The translations under genes were made by a program, and so were the position numbers. Under the pieces are notes generated by a model. The model worked only from the letters and a program-made list of their open reading frames with translations. It did not search any database and was not told where the DNA came from. Positions 1 through 7,736 of a stretch of 20,000 nucleotides of DNA are shown here, in pieces. Position 1 is the stretch's first letter; the number at the start of each line of letters is the position of its first letter. Location of the stretch: positions 48,060 to 68,059 of the forward strand of contig JAXLQJ010000041.1 of NCBI GenBank assembly GCA_046331705.1. The letters are read 5' to 3'. This DNA is from a bacterium. GTDB lineage: Bacteria > JADJOY01.

Positions 1-2
1 TG

Positions 3-935
3 CTCGGCGTACGCGCGTCGGAGAGTTTGCGGCACCGGTACCGCTCGATCCTTCCGGCCGAGCACCGCGAGGTCTTCCGCGGGCTGGTGCGCGAGCTCGG
101 CCGCGCCAAGACCGACACCATCGAGCGCCAGATCCAGCTCACGATCGAGGACCGCACCGTCACACTGCTGGCGAGCGTGACGTTGCTGCGCGACGAGGAG
201 CGCGAGTTCCTGGGGCTGCTGTTCGTGTTCGAGGACTTGACCCAGCTCCTCAAGGCGCAGCGCATGGCGGCGTGGCGCGAGGTGGCGCGGCGAATTGCCC
301 ACGAGATCAAGAACCCGCTGACGCCCATCCAGCTCGCGGCGCAGCGGATTCAGCACCGCTACGAGAACGTGGTGGGCGCCGACCGCGAGATCCTGACGGA
401 ATGCACCAGCACCATCGTGAGCCAGGTGGAGGGGCTCAAGAAGCTGGTGAGCGAGTTCTCGGATTTCGCGCGGATGCCTGCATCCAATCCCTCACCGAAC
501 TCGCTCAACGACATCGTCGAGGAAGCGCTGGCGCTCTACGACGGCAGCCACGACAAGATCCGCTTCACGCGCACCCTCGATCCCGACGTGCCGATCTTCA
601 ATCTCGACCGCGAGCAGATCAAGCGGGTCATCATCAACCTGATCGACAACGCCATCCGCGCCCTCGACGGCGCCGTCGGTCAGGTGGACGTCGTCACCCA
701 CTACAACCGCCTCCTCGACCTGGCGCGGCTCGAGATCTCGGATACCGGCGAGGGGATCCCACCGGAGATCCGGCCGCGGCTGTTCGAGCCGTACTTCTCC
801 ACGCGCCGCGGCGGCACCGGGTTGGGGCTCGCGATCGTGAGCACGATCGTGGCGGACCACCACGGTTACATCCGGCTGCGCGATCGCAAGCCGCACGGCA
901 CCACGTTCATCGTCGAGCTGCCGATTCGGATCTGA
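3..935 (+). CDS. Sensor histidine kinase, NtrY-like (PAS-HisKA-HATPase_c), 5'-truncated by window edge
   Basis: Frame is open from nt 3, upstream of the track's TTG at 27. H-box 'AAWREVARRIAHEIKNPLTPIQL' is typical of the NtrY subfamily; N-box 'INLIDNAI', G1 'DTGEGI', F 'LFEPYFST', G2 'GTGLGLAIV'; PAS C-terminal end 'GLLFVFEDLT'. Confidence 0.93.
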   Translation, partial: LGVRASESLRHRYRSILPAEHREVFRGLVRELGRAKTDTIERQIQLTIEDRTVTLLASVTLLRDEEREFLGLLFVFEDLTQLLKAQRMAAWREVARRIAHEIKNPLTPIQLAAQRIQHRYENVVGADREILTECTSTIVSQVEGLKKLVSEFSDFARMPASNPSPNSLNDIVEEALALYDGSHDKIRFTRTLDPDVPIFNLDREQIKRVIINLIDNAIRALDGAVGQVDVVTHYNRLLDLARLEISDTGEGIPPEIRPRLFEPYFSTRRGGTGLGLAIVSTIVADHHGYIRLRDRKPHGTTFIVELPIRI

Positions 936-937
936 TC

Positions 938-958
938 CTCGGCCTCCGTTCGGCCGAG
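938..958. terminator. Small GC hairpin between convergent genes (possible terminator)
   Basis: CTCGGCC(938-944)-TCCGTTC-GGCCGAG(952-958) directly after the kinase stop; no U-tract. Confidence 0.3.
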
Positions 959-1004
959 ACCGATCCCACGTGCATGCGCCGAGCGGCGCCGCACGACCAG
1001 CCCG

Positions 1005-2387
1005 TCAGGGTTGGACGGCCAGGAACGTCGGCGTGCCCGGCAGCTCCGTGACGCGGGCGCGGGTATCGGGCTGATCGACGATCGTGAGCTGCCCCGGATC
1101 GGTGGCGTGCGCGAGCAGCAGGAACTGGCCGGTCGTGCCGACGAGTGGTCGGAAGGCGACCACGTCGGGCGCGACCGTGAGCGACTTCTTCTCGGTCTTG
1201 TCGAGCTGGTCGTAGCCACGCAGCACGTTCGACTCGGTGGTCGCCCACACCAGGGTCTCGGAGGCCGTCACCAGCACCGCGAGGCGGGTGGCGTCTCCCG
1301 CCACCGGGATCGACGCGATGACGAACGCGCCGGTGCCGTCGACCAGGTCGATGGTGTGATTGGTCCGGCTGAGGACGAAGAGCGTGGTACCGCTCAGCAC
1401 CATGTCGATCGGGTCGGGGCCGACCGCCACCCGCTCGGTGATCGTGCGGGTGGACGGGTCGACGAACGCGACTCGCGCGTCCGCGCGTTCGAGAACGAAC
1501 GCCTTCGAGGTGAGCTGATTCATGATGAGCGGTCCCGGGTTCGCACCCAGGTCCACGCGCCCCAGCTCGGCGGGAGTCGCGGAGTCGGCATCGTAGAACA
1601 CGACCGCCGGCGCATCCGGCGCGAGCGCCACCACCACCGTGCCGTCGGTGGTGGCCTCGAGGGCGGAGACACGGCTGCCGGCATCGACGGTGGCGCGCAC
1701 CGCCGGGGTCGCCGACTCGAGGACCTCGATGGTCCCGTCGAGGTGCCCGATCCAGGCCTCGGTGCGATCGCTCGCGAGCTCGTCGATGGTGGGAACGATG
1801 GTGTCGAAGACCAGCGCCGACGGGCTCGGCGCCAACCCCACGCGCGCGTCGAGCGCGCTCGCGGCGGAGTCGAAGCGCCAGGCGAACCCGCCGGCCTCGT
1901 CGTCACCCAAGAGCCAGGCGAGCGAGCCATCCGGCGAGAAGCGCGCGGCGCGCGGCGCGCCGGACGCCGGGAGCACCGCCTGAACCAAGCCGGTGTGGGT
2001 GTCGAAGACGGTCACGCCGTCGGACGCCTCGGTGCCGACCAGCAGCCAGGGGCCGATCACGCGGAACGGCACGCGCCCGCTCTCGACTCCGCCCACGCTG
2101 ACGACCACGTCGCCGGTCACCGCGCCGGACGGCACGCGCACGTGGATCTCGGTGGGCTCGATGGAGATCACCGACGACGACGGTGCGACGACCCCGCCGA
2201 ACGAGATGCGCGTCTGCGAGAAGTCGTCGACGAAATTCGTCCCGACGATCGTGACCTCGGTGCCCTCCTGCCCTTCGGGCGGGCTGACTTCGAGCAGGTC
2301 TGGGCGGTCGATGTGGATACAGCCGATCGCACCCGCGCAGGCGGCGGCGCACACGGCCACGAGGAGGTGCCGGACGAATCGTTGCAT
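1005..2387 (-). CDS. Lipoprotein with N-terminal IPT/TIG domain and YVTN/YncE-like beta-propeller (460 aa)
   Basis: Likely start is ATG at 2387 (MQRFVRHLLVAVCAAACAGAIG-C, lipobox-like); the track's extension to 4223 is the antisense shadow of the 2571-4154 gene. IPT/TIG pattern 'VSPPEGQEGTEVTIVGTNF...ISFGG...IHVRVPSGAVTGDVVVSVGG'; propeller blades 'VTVFDT', 'ARFSPDGSLAW', 'VAVGPDPIDM', 'IPVAGDA'. Confidence 0.8.
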   Translation of the reverse strand: MQRFVRHLLVAVCAAACAGAIGCIHIDRPDLLEVSPPEGQEGTEVTIVGTNFVDDFSQTRISFGGVVAPSSSVISIEPTEIHVRVPSGAVTGDVVVSVGGVESGRVPFRVIGPWLLVGTEASDGVTVFDTHTGLVQAVLPASGAPRAARFSPDGSLAWLLGDDEAGGFAWRFDSAASALDARVGLAPSPSALVFDTIVPTIDELASDRTEAWIGHLDGTIEVLESATPAVRATVDAGSRVSALEATTDGTVVVALAPDAPAVVFYDADSATPAELGRVDLGANPGPLIMNQLTSKAFVLERADARVAFVDPSTRTITERVAVGPDPIDMVLSGTTLFVLSRTNHTIDLVDGTGAFVIASIPVAGDATRLAVLVTASETLVWATTESNVLRGYDQLDKTEKKSLTVAPDVVAFRPLVGTTGQFLLLAHATDPGQLTIVDQPDTRARVTELPGTPTFLAVQP

Positions 2388-2485
2388 GAGGGCTCGCGGG
2401 AGAAGGACGCTGGTTCGCGAACGAGCGCCGCTCGGTCTACCGGCTGAACCCGCACGCGGCAAGCGAATCGCGTCCGCCGCGCGCC

Positions 2486-2512
2486 CGCTTCGTGGCCAGG
2501 ACGCACGAAGCG
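2486..2512. repeat. Perfect 9-bp inverted repeat adjacent to the candidate sigma-54 site
   Basis: CGCTTCGTG(2486-2494)-N9-CACGAAGCG(2504-2512). Confidence 0.7.
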
Positions 2513-2513
2513 A

Positions 2514-2528
2514 TGGCACAATCGTCGC
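2514..2528 (+). promoter_or_regulatory. Candidate sigma-54 (-24/-12) promoter for the O-antigen ligase/radical SAM pair
   Basis: TGGCACAATCGTCGC versus consensus TGGCACRNNNNTTGC (GG-N10-GC spacing exact, one mismatch), 42 nt upstream of the TTG at 2571. Confidence 0.5.
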
Positions 2529-2570
2529 GGGCGCCGCGGCACTCGCGTCGCACCCGTTCACGAGGCCCGA

Positions 2571-4154
2571 TTGACCCGCGCCGCCGCTCTCCGCGAGCTC
2601 ACTCGTTTCCGCTTCGATGGCCTCGCGGCGCTGGTCTACGGCGCCGTGTTCGCGCTGATGTTCCTGCTCATGGGGGTGGCCACCCAGCTGCCGCCGCTCT
2701 GGATGATCCTGGTCATGGCCGGGTTCCTGGCGGGCATGGTCTTCCTGGCGCTTCCCGAGAAGCGGTTGGCGCTGTGGACCTTCTATCTGCTCACCGTGCC
2801 GCTCGGCGCGGCGAAGTGGGTGACGACGGCTCCCACGTTCTTCTTCGGCGAGAACCCCGACGGCTTGGTGCTCTACATCTCGGACATGCCGTTGATCGTG
2901 CTGTTCGTGTGGTGGGGCGCCGAGCTCTGCCTGGGCAAGGCACGGGTGGTGCGCTCGCCGATCTTCTTCCCGTACCTGGCGTGCCTGCTGTGGCGCGCGG
3001 CCACGATCGTGGTGGCGCGGGACAAGTCGCTGGCGGCTTGGAACATCGTGATGCACGTGAAGTTCTTCCTGATCTTCGCGTGGGCTTCGAGCCACCTCAC
3101 GGATCGGCGGTCGATCTTCCTCACCCTCGGCTGCTTGCTCTTCGACCTCATCCTGCAAGGGGGTCTCAACACCCTCTCGTACTTCATCAAGGGCGTCGTC
3201 TCGATCTTCGGCCTCATCAAGTACGACTGGCAGCGCATCGGCGGCGAGAACATCTTCCGCGCCACCGGCACCATCGGGCCGCACAACGTCCAATGCCACT
3301 TCTACGAGATGGTCATGCCGCTCGGCATGATCCTGCTCTACTTCTCGAAGAACGGCTGGGTGAAGTTCCTGAGCCTCCTGGGCATCGCTCTCGCCAGCAT
3401 CGGCACGGTCTTCACGTTCTCCCGCGGTGGCTGGGTGTCCGTGGGCCTCTCGATGACCGTCGTCACGCTCTTGCTCTACCGAAGGCGTCTGCTCAGCACC
3501 ACGGTGCTCTCGCTGCTGGTGATCGCCACGGTGCTCGCCGGCGCGGCGTTCCTCCTCGGGCCCGACAACGTGATCCAGAAGCGCATCACCCAATCGCAGG
3601 CCATCGCGACCACCTCCCGCTGGCACATGCTCGGCGTGGGCATTCGCATGGTCGCGGCGAATCCCGTGATGGGAGTCGGCGCGAACCAAGCCGCCGAGCA
3701 GCTTCAGGAATACTTCCCGCTGGGTGTGCCGCGCGAGTGCTGGTACGAGATCGAGGTTCGGCTCTTCGAGCACAAGCGCTTCATCATCCCGATCCACAAC
3801 AAATACCTGATGAGCGCCGCCGAGCTCGGCATCGGCGGCATGATGCTGTGGATCTTCTTCCTGTATCGCTACCTGTCGACCTCGGTCACCGTGATGCGCT
3901 GCCGCCACGAATGGATCGCCGCGCTCGGGACCTGGTTCCTGGCCTCCAACGTCGGCCTCTTCTTCCACAACATGCTCTCCGAGTTCTCCTACGGAACCGT
4001 CCTCGAGATCTTCTACATGCTGCCGGGACTGCTGTCGGGGATCTGGCAGTGGGGCGTCGATACCGGCGACATCGTTCCCGTGGCGCGCCGCAGCCGCCGC
4101 GCTGCACCTCGGCCCGCGCGACCCGAGCTGGCGCCAGAACCCGTGCCCGCGTGA
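2571..4154 (+). CDS. O-antigen ligase / Wzy_C family polytopic membrane protein (527 aa)
   Basis: About 12 hydrophobic segments; 'RATGTIGPHN', 'TFSRGGW', 'R..M...GIRMVAANPVMGVG', 'IHNKYLMSAAELGIGG' match the Wzy_C periplasmic-loop motifs. TTG start is uncertain. Confidence 0.88.
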   Translation: MTRAAALRELTRFRFDGLAALVYGAVFALMFLLMGVATQLPPLWMILVMAGFLAGMVFLALPEKRLALWTFYLLTVPLGAAKWVTTAPTFFFGENPDGLVLYISDMPLIVLFVWWGAELCLGKARVVRSPIFFPYLACLLWRAATIVVARDKSLAAWNIVMHVKFFLIFAWASSHLTDRRSIFLTLGCLLFDLILQGGLNTLSYFIKGVVSIFGLIKYDWQRIGGENIFRATGTIGPHNVQCHFYEMVMPLGMILLYFSKNGWVKFLSLLGIALASIGTVFTFSRGGWVSVGLSMTVVTLLLYRRRLLSTTVLSLLVIATVLAGAAFLLGPDNVIQKRITQSQAIATTSRWHMLGVGIRMVAANPVMGVGANQAAEQLQEYFPLGVPRECWYEIEVRLFEHKRFIIPIHNKYLMSAAELGIGGMMLWIFFLYRYLSTSVTVMRCRHEWIAALGTWFLASNVGLFFHNMLSEFSYGTVLEIFYMLPGLLSGIWQWGVDTGDIVPVARRSRRAAPRPARPELAPEPVPA

Positions 4155-5230
4155 GCCCGAGTCGGCTCGAGGTCGCGGCTCTCGCGGAACGCGTCCGCGA
4201 TGCCGCGCGACACTACGGGCCACGCAAGCTCGCGAATGCGCTGGGCGCGGAGCTCGGATACCGGCTGCGCACCCGCGATCCGATCGGCGATCCCACGGCG
4301 CTGATCGTCGACCTCACCACTCACTGTCAGCTGCGCTGTCCGCTCTGTCCCACCGGGCTCGCACGCGAGGGACGCGCGCGCCAGCACATCCCGGTCGAGG
4401 CGTTTCGACGGCTCGTCGATCGCTATGCGCGGACCTCGCTCAGGCTCTTCCTCACGGACTGGGGCGAGCCGTTGCTCCATCCCCAGGCGGCCGAGCTCAT
4501 CGCCTACGCCGAGGCGCGCGGGCTCTGGACTGCGATCTCCACCAACGGGCTCTTCCTACCCGACGAGCTCGCGGCCGGCTTGGTGGCGGCGCGGCTCTCC
4601 CACGCCACCTTCTCGATCGACGGCGCGACCCAGGAGTCCTACGCGCGCTACCGGGTGCGCGGCGAGCTCGACACCGTCCTCGCGAACCTCACGCGCCTGG
4701 TCGCGGCGCGCAATCACGCCGGCTCGCGCCGTCCCCACGTGACCTGGCAATTCCTGGTGTTCCGGCACAACCAGCACGAGGTCGACGCGGCGCGCGCCAA
4801 GGCCCGCGAGCTCGGCGTGGCGTTCGACGCCCGCGGCGCGGGCCTCGGCGTGCACGGCGAGACTCCGCACCGAGCGCCGAGCTCGCCCGAGGCGCTCGCG
4901 TGGCTCGTGGACGATCCGCGCTGGCCCGAATCCCACGCTTACTTCGACGCTTCGCGGCCGTACCTGGAGGACCGCCACTGCTGGTGGCTCTGGAAGGCCT
5001 TGGTGGTCTCGCCCAACGGCTCGGCGCCCCCCTGCTGCTGCACCTTCGAGGAGCGCGACGACGTCGGCAACGTGTTCACCGACGACCCCGAGCGCGTGCG
5101 GCGCTCGCCGCGCGCGCGGCGGATGCGCGCGGTCTTCCGTCGCGAGGCGCTGCCACCGGGCGAGCCGGTGGTGTGCGAGAGCTGCGACGTCTTCCGGCGC
5201 GCCGAGGAACACGCGCACCCTCCGGCATGA
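4151..5230 (+). CDS. Radical SAM protein with C-terminal SPASM/twitch domain (359 aa)
   Basis: GTG at 4151 overlaps the upstream TGA (GTGA coupling). CxxxCxxC 'CQLRCPLC', 'WGEPLLHP', 'STNG', 'FSIDGATQESY'; auxiliary-cluster Cys 'CWWLW...NGSAPPCC...CESC'. Confidence 0.92.
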   Translation: MSPSRLEVAALAERVRDAARHYGPRKLANALGAELGYRLRTRDPIGDPTALIVDLTTHCQLRCPLCPTGLAREGRARQHIPVEAFRRLVDRYARTSLRLFLTDWGEPLLHPQAAELIAYAEARGLWTAISTNGLFLPDELAAGLVAARLSHATFSIDGATQESYARYRVRGELDTVLANLTRLVAARNHAGSRRPHVTWQFLVFRHNQHEVDAARAKARELGVAFDARGAGLGVHGETPHRAPSSPEALAWLVDDPRWPESHAYFDASRPYLEDRHCWWLWKALVVSPNGSAPPCCCTFEERDDVGNVFTDDPERVRRSPRARRMRAVFRREALPPGEPVVCESCDVFRRAEEHAHPPA

Positions 5231-5241
5231 CCGAGCCCACC

Positions 5242-5271
5242 ATCGCTCGCGCGCGACGCCGCGCGGGCGAT
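5242..5271. terminator. 12-bp stem-loop between the convergent radical SAM and batE genes
   Basis: ATCGCTCGCGCG(5242-5253)-CGACGC-CGCGCGGGCGAT(5260-5271), one G:U pair on the + strand transcript; 11 nt after the stop; no U-tract. Confidence 0.5.
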
Positions 5272-5342
5272 CGCGACCGCGGGACGCGCCGCCGCCCCGT
5301 CGAGACGAACGCGGACCGACGCCCGAGCCGGCGCGGCCCCCG

Positions 5343-6158
5343 CTACTCGTCGTCGAAGCGCACGGGGGCGAGCTGATCGGAGCGAACCCAGCCTTCGCGC
5401 CCGTCGGCGCGACGGATGCGTCGATAGGCGCCGTCCCGTGCCGTCACCACCACCTCCGTCCCTTCCGACGACGCGAACGCGACGGGCTGACTGCCACTCG
5501 GTGCGGCCCGCACCTCGGCGTCGCCGTTGACCACGACCTGGGCGTCCACGCGGGTGAGCACGTAGTGCTTCACGCCCCACGACGCACCCATCAGCACCAG
5601 CAACCCGGCGGCGACGAACGTCGCCGCGCCGCTGGCGACGCTTCCCGACGCGACGCGCCAGGTGACGGCGGCGCACAGCGACACCCAGGCGACCACGGCG
5701 GCGATCGCGAGCTCGCGATGGGTCGCCAGGTCGTACCAGAACGCGAGGCTGCGCACGGCGTAGAGCGGCCCTTTCGCGCCCACCGGCTCGGCGACCTGAC
5801 CGCGCGCGACGGCGAGGTTGTGCCGCAGATCGGGATCGCGCGGCAGGAACAGCTCCGCACGCCGGTAGGCGCGAATGGCCTCGCCCAGCGAGTCGCGCTT
5901 CAGATACGTGTTGCCGAGGTGGAAGAAGAGCACCCCGTTCCGCCAGCCCGCGACGGCCAGCCCCTCGAACAGGCCCTGCGCGCGGTCGTAGCGGCCGTCG
6001 AGATAGGCCTGGACGCCCGCCGCAAAATCCTTCGCGAGCGCGTCGGAGGCCTCGCCTGGCACCGGCCGCTCCGCCGCGGCCCACGCGCCGCACGTGAGCG
6101 CCAACCACGCGCACGCCACCCGCACCGCCGTGCGTCCGCTCGCTCGTCCGCGTTTCAA
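5343..6158 (-). CDS. batE: BatE-like protein: signal peptide, TPR, two TM helices, C-terminal bacterial SH3 domain
   Basis: 'FFHLGNTYLK...LGEAIRAYRRAELFLPRDPDLRHNLAVAR' TPR; two TMs; SH3b 'EVRAAPS...EGTEVVV...RIRRADGREGWV'; last gene of the operon; TTG overlaps the batD TGA. Confidence 0.85.
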   Translation of the reverse strand: MKRGRASGRTAVRVACAWLALTCGAWAAAERPVPGEASDALAKDFAAGVQAYLDGRYDRAQGLFEGLAVAGWRNGVLFFHLGNTYLKRDSLGEAIRAYRRAELFLPRDPDLRHNLAVARGQVAEPVGAKGPLYAVRSLAFWYDLATHRELAIAAVVAWVSLCAAVTWRVASGSVASGAATFVAAGLLVLMGASWGVKHYVLTRVDAQVVVNGDAEVRAAPSGSQPVAFASSEGTEVVVTARDGAYRRIRRADGREGWVRSDQLAPVRFDDE

Positions 6159-7720
6159 GTCGCGCCCCCCCGGGCTCCGGTCCTGAGCTCGTCGTCGATG
6201 CGCGCGATCAGCGTGCGTGCGCGCTCCACGGTGTCGGCGCGGCCGTCACCGGCGCCAGCAGCGCCGCTCGCCGCGGCGTTGCGTGCCCAGCGCTTGAGCT
6301 CGCAAGCCACCAGCAGCTCGCGCACCTCGCCCGCCGTGGCCTTGTTCAAGCCGCCGTCGCTCAGCCGCGACTCGACCTCCTCCGGCGTCAGCACGCCGGG
6401 CGGAAAGTCGACCTTGGCGGCGACGAAGTCGCGGATCACGCGACCGACCTGCTCGTAGAAGAGCGACGCTTCGCCCTCGGTGCGCTCGGCCCGCTCGAGC
6501 TCGTGCTTGGCGCGCCGGAGGGCCCCCCGTTCCCGTGCCCAGCGCGGGTCCGCGGCAGCGCGGCGGGCGCGCTGGATCTGGAAGATCGCGCCACCCGCGC
6601 CGAGCAACGCGGCCACCGCCGCCGCCCAGCCGATCGCGCCGGGGCCGGCCAGCGGATCGACCACCGTGGCGCGCGGCAGCGAGGCGTGGACGCTGCGGAT
6701 CACGTCCGAGTCGTCGACTCCGCGGCCGCTTCCGCTCGTCGCGGCGCTGCCGAGGCCGCGTCCGACGCGCACGCTCAATGCCTCGCTGGCGGCCTCCTTG
6801 AGCCTGCCGAGCGCCGGGTCGACGTACGGCACCGTGATCGGCGGGATCTGGAACTCGCCCGCCCGGGAGCCGAGCAGCGCGAGCTTGAAGGTCTTGCGCG
6901 CCCGGAACGCGCCCGCGGGCTCCAGCACCCATTCGGTGACCGGCTGGTCCGCGACCACCTGGAAGGAGTCGAGCCCGGCGACCCGCGGCGAGGCGATCGC
7001 TGCATCGTCGCCGTAGCTCTGGACCTCGATCGTCAGCGTGGCGGGTTGTCCCTTCTTCACGCTCACGGGCGCGATGGCGGCCGAGATCTCGGTCTCGCCG
7101 ACCGGGGCGCGGCCATCACCGGGCACGGGACGCGCATCGATGCGGATCGGCTGGGTGCGGCCTTCACCAGGAATGGAGCGGCCGCTGTAGAAATCCTCGA
7201 ACATCGAGCCGGCGCCCTCGGCGCTCGCGCCGAGCTTGATCCGGCACGTGAACGACGCGGGGCCGATCTCGCTCGCGCCGGTGCGCGTCGCGAAGAGCGG
7301 TGCCCGGTACTCGTGCACGCGATACGCGACGCCGCTCTCGTTGGTCGAATAGTCGGACTCCACGAACGGCTGTGCTTGCTTCAGCCCAACCAGCTCGGGT
7401 GCGGTGAACTCGAGCTTGTAGATCGGCACGGCGCTCGAGATCTGGATCACCAGCACGACCTGCTGCCCGACGAAGGGCGTGCGATCGGAGACTTGCGCGC
7501 GCAGGAACACGCGCCCGCCTTCCCCGGTGGACTCGAGCGTCTGCGCCGGCGCGTCGACCGTACCGGGCTCGTCCCGCTGCGCCCGCTCGCGGCGCCCATG
7601 GCGCGTGACATCCGGGCGGCCGTCCGGACCCACGCGCGAGCGCGCCGTGGCTGCGTCGGCCACCACCAACGCACCGAGCAACGCGCACGTCACCAGCGCG
7701 CACAGCTGCGGCCCGCGCAC
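6155..7720 (-). CDS. batD: BatD family (oxygen tolerance) protein, exported Ig-like domains plus C-terminal TM
   Basis: 'VFLRAQVSDRTPFVGQQVVLVIQI', 'PVGETEISAAIAPVSVKKGQPATLTIEV', 'AGEFQIPPITVPYVDP' are BatD-like; TM 'IGWAAAVAALLGAGGAIF'. Start is probably GTG 7720 (MRGPQLCALVTCALLGALVVADAATA signal peptide); ATG 7771 is the alternative. The track's 8374 start lies inside the upstream gene. Confidence 0.8.
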   Translation of the reverse strand: MRGPQLCALVTCALLGALVVADAATARSRVGPDGRPDVTRHGRRERAQRDEPGTVDAPAQTLESTGEGGRVFLRAQVSDRTPFVGQQVVLVIQISSAVPIYKLEFTAPELVGLKQAQPFVESDYSTNESGVAYRVHEYRAPLFATRTGASEIGPASFTCRIKLGASAEGAGSMFEDFYSGRSIPGEGRTQPIRIDARPVPGDGRAPVGETEISAAIAPVSVKKGQPATLTIEVQSYGDDAAIASPRVAGLDSFQVVADQPVTEWVLEPAGAFRARKTFKLALLGSRAGEFQIPPITVPYVDPALGRLKEAASEALSVRVGRGLGSAATSGSGRGVDDSDVIRSVHASLPRATVVDPLAGPGAIGWAAAVAALLGAGGAIFQIQRARRAAADPRWARERGALRRAKHELERAERTEGEASLFYEQVGRVIRDFVAAKVDFPPGVLTPEEVESRLSDGGLNKATAGEVRELLVACELKRWARNAAASGAAGAGDGRADTVERARTLIARIDDELRTGARGGAT

Positions 7721-7736
7721 ACGGCGGGCCCGACGC

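Noticed and set aside
1011-2447. 478-aa + strand ORF, and similar ORFs at 6503-8311, 15074-17032 and 17103-18203
   Set aside because: Antisense shadows of motif-supported minus-strand genes; no recognisable domains.
2492-4150. Apparent 912-aa radical SAM fusion
   Set aside because: The upstream part is an alternative frame over the O-antigen ligase gene; the likely start is the coupled GTG at 4151.
2388-4223. N-terminal 600-aa extension of the 1005-4223 ORF
   Set aside because: Antisense to the well-supported Wzy_C gene; the lipoprotein signal begins at ATG 2387.
4151-5230. Radical SAM/SPASM as a RiPP maturase with a local precursor
   Set aside because: No adjacent short precursor ORF, RRE domain, peptidase or transporter; the only small gene is 13 kb away in another unit.
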